From the NCBI GenBank assembly GCA_009103225.1, contig RHPI01003516.1, forward strand, positions 24,062-88,061: a stretch of DNA of 64,000 nt, written 5' to 3'. Below, piece by piece: positions 61,890 to 64,000 of this stretch (its first letter is position 1; each line of letters begins with the position of its first letter). A program made the position numbers and the translations under genes. The stretch is from Chlorokybus atmophyticus. Its lineage: Eukaryota; Plantae; Mesostigma and Chlorokybus algae. Below the pieces are notes generated by a model that was not told the DNA's origin, did no database searches, and was given only the letters and a program-made list of their open reading frames with translations.

Positions 61890-62759
61890 ATGGACGCTAC
61901 CATGGATGATGCACGTGTTGTGGAGCTTCAGCAAGTGCTAATGGCTGCTCATGAGGAGCTGCAACATGTCCAAGCTTTTGCCCAAGCTCAAGCGGCACAA
62001 TTTCAACAAGCCATGGCGCAAGCTCGCGCATCCGCGTCCGTTACAGCTCCTGTGGTTGCTCCATCAGCCTCTCGTCATGTGAAGCTACCAAAACCAAAGT
62101 CATTCAAGGGTCAAAGGAACGGTGACTGTGTCGAGGAGTGGGTGTTTGCCGTTTCGACATGGTTGAAGCTCACCGAGGTACCCATACATCTCCGGGTCGA
62201 TGTGGCTGCTACTTTCTTTAAGGGAGCTGCACTTGTGTGGTGGCGTCATCGTTGTGCTCGTGTAGAAGCTGGTCTTGAGGTTCCTTTCACTACCGTGGCT
62301 GAGCTGGCTGCTGAGGTGAAGAAACAGTTCGTACCGGTGGAGAGTGTGAAGACGGCATGCGACCAGCTCTCTACGCTTGTGCAATCGCAGTTCGTGATGG
62401 CCTATACCTCTGCGTTTCAGCGTCTTGTGCTCTCCGTACCCAGCGTGACTGAGGAGGAGCAGCTACACCGCTACACGCGCGGGTTGAAGACTCTTTGTCG
62501 CAAGGAAGTTGAGCTTCGTGACGCGAAGACTCTTGCGGAGGCCATTCGCATCGCCGAGCGTACGGACGTGTTGTACTTCAAGGGGACTGCCAAATACGCT
62601 GATCGTGGACACTTCAATCAGTCTCGTGGAGGTTCGTATCGCTCGTACGCATCTGTTGGGGCTGGTTCGGGAGCTGTAGCAGCTCATGGGGCTGGCTCGG
62701 GGCCAATTCCAATGGAGTTGGGTGCTCTCCATGTCTCCAAGAAGGGGACAAGGGGTTGA
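61890..62759 (+). pseudogene. Ty3 gag
   Basis: KLPKPKSFKG...EWVF...FKGAALVWW...YTRGLK motifs. TGA precedes a degenerate CCHC knuckle. Confidence 0.9.
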
Positions 62760-63020
62760 GAAGATTCCAAGGCAGTTCGGAAGTATTGGGAGTGCTCTTC
62801 CGCTGATCATGTGCGCTCTAGCTGCCCCATCTTTAAAGCAAAGTCTGCTGCACATGCCCGCAACGCTCGCGGCGGTGGACGCGTGAACATGGTGGAGGAG
62901 GATATGTTACAGCCGAGAAACGGCTCACCTCGTAGCTGAAGAGGCTCCTGCTGCGGTGGTGATGCAGCCTCACTATGATGTTGAAGGTCCAGCGGCTGGC
63001 GTGGAAGCATTGTTGGCGGC

Positions 63021-63360
63021 ATGTGCGCAGCGGCAACGCAAAGCGGTGTGGTTCGTGTGCCCGACAAGGCGAGGCAGCTGTTTGGAGTCATGGCTCTGAT
63101 CCGGGAGGGCAATGGGCCTTGGATGGAGTGTAAGATGCTAGTGGATTGCGGCGCGAACAGCAACTTTATAAGTCGTGAGGTTGCGCGTCGGCACAAGTGG
63201 CTGTCATGGGCAAATGCTGGTTCGGTGGCTCTAGCGGACGGCTATGCACCAGTAGGAGGAGCTTCTAAGCAAAGCAAAGAGCTTGAGATGCACGTGGGGA
63301 TGATGAAGGATCGCCTACGCTTTTGCTGCATCGAGGTGAACAATGGCTTTGATGGCATTT
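63021..63360 (+). pseudogene. Ty3 aspartic protease
   Basis: MLVDCGANSNFIS motif. Confidence 0.85.
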
Positions 63361-63463
63361 TACTGGTCAGTGACGCGCGGGTCGCCATGCTGGTAAGCCG
63401 GGCGAGGGTCTCGCTGTAGGCATGCCCGATGACGACTGGCATGCCCAAGCGATAGGCATGACA
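63361..63463 (-). repeat. 5' fragment of the B repeat
   Basis: Reverse complement of about 19017-19120, starting TGTCATGCC at 63463. Confidence 0.85.
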
Positions 63464-64000
63464 AGTATGAGAAGAACATCTGGGACGACCACCTTCCGTG
63501 GGTGGCTCCTGGATACCGATTGTCAGAGCAGGCGGATCTGCGCGAGTACAGCCCATACCTGCTGATTGGGCATCCGCCATTGCTTCCGTTTCGTGCATAG
63601 CAGGAAGTAGACCGTGTGGTAAACAACCTCGACGATCTTAACTGGATGCACCACAACATTACCACACGCGCCACGCTGTTCGAGCATACCGTCCCGATGG
63701 CCTTCAACAACTTGCGCATCGCACAGCACCGCGACACCCTGCACTACAAGCGCGTGCGGAGCGGCTTCTATAAGGAGCACCAACGGCGGTTTTAAGCAGG
63801 GGACTTTGCCTACCGCATGGCAGCCACCAAAAACACGCTCGACACCTCCGTGGGCCGCACCGTCTACAAGGTACTCAAGGTGTACCCCACAGGAGTGGAC
63901 CTCCTTGTCAGAGTGGCGAGAGGTGAACTGCGCGCCATGTCACCTTCCTTACATAGCGGGCTTTGCGCACATCTAGCACCCTCGCCCCGCCCGCAGCACA
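63464..64000 (+). pseudogene. Third copy of the Ty3 integrase C-terminal region
   Basis: Homologous to about 17997-18545 and 33853-34395. Confidence 0.9.

Larger units (their letters stand above)
60863..63360 (+). mobile_element. Ty3/gypsy element, 5' part (LTR, PBS, gag, protease)
   Basis: LTR 60863-61800 with TGTAAC...GTTACA ends, PBS, gag and protease ORFs. Confidence 0.9.

Overview
Eukaryotic, intron-rich DNA. It is most consistent with a green alga (Viridiplantae); the species cannot be determined from the sequence. The assembly has N gaps, (CT)n tracts and a poly-G artefact. Roughly 1-40 kb and 61-64 kb form a stack of nested transposons: a CACTA/EnSpm element, two Copia elements, a Ty3/gypsy family carrying a C5 DNA-methyltransferase and a PHD finger with unusual A-B-A terminal repeats, a 3-bp-TSD DNA transposon with a RAG1/Transib-like transposase plus a BAH-domain cargo gene, an intact hAT element, and a further Ty3 element. 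The main discovery is an immune-like cluster at 43.5-54.4 kb. It holds (i) an open 5-exon gene model encoding TM helix + EDS1/PAD4-type EP domain + TIR, (ii) a degraded gene encoding SEFIR-like TIR + EP domain, and (iii) a degraded TIR-NB-ARC-LRR gene. EP domains are generally regarded as seed-plant specific and lipase-fused. Here they appear without a lipase domain and fused to TIR domains in both orders. All domain calls are by-eye motif recognition and splice models are inferred from GT-AG sites and frame; no searches were run.
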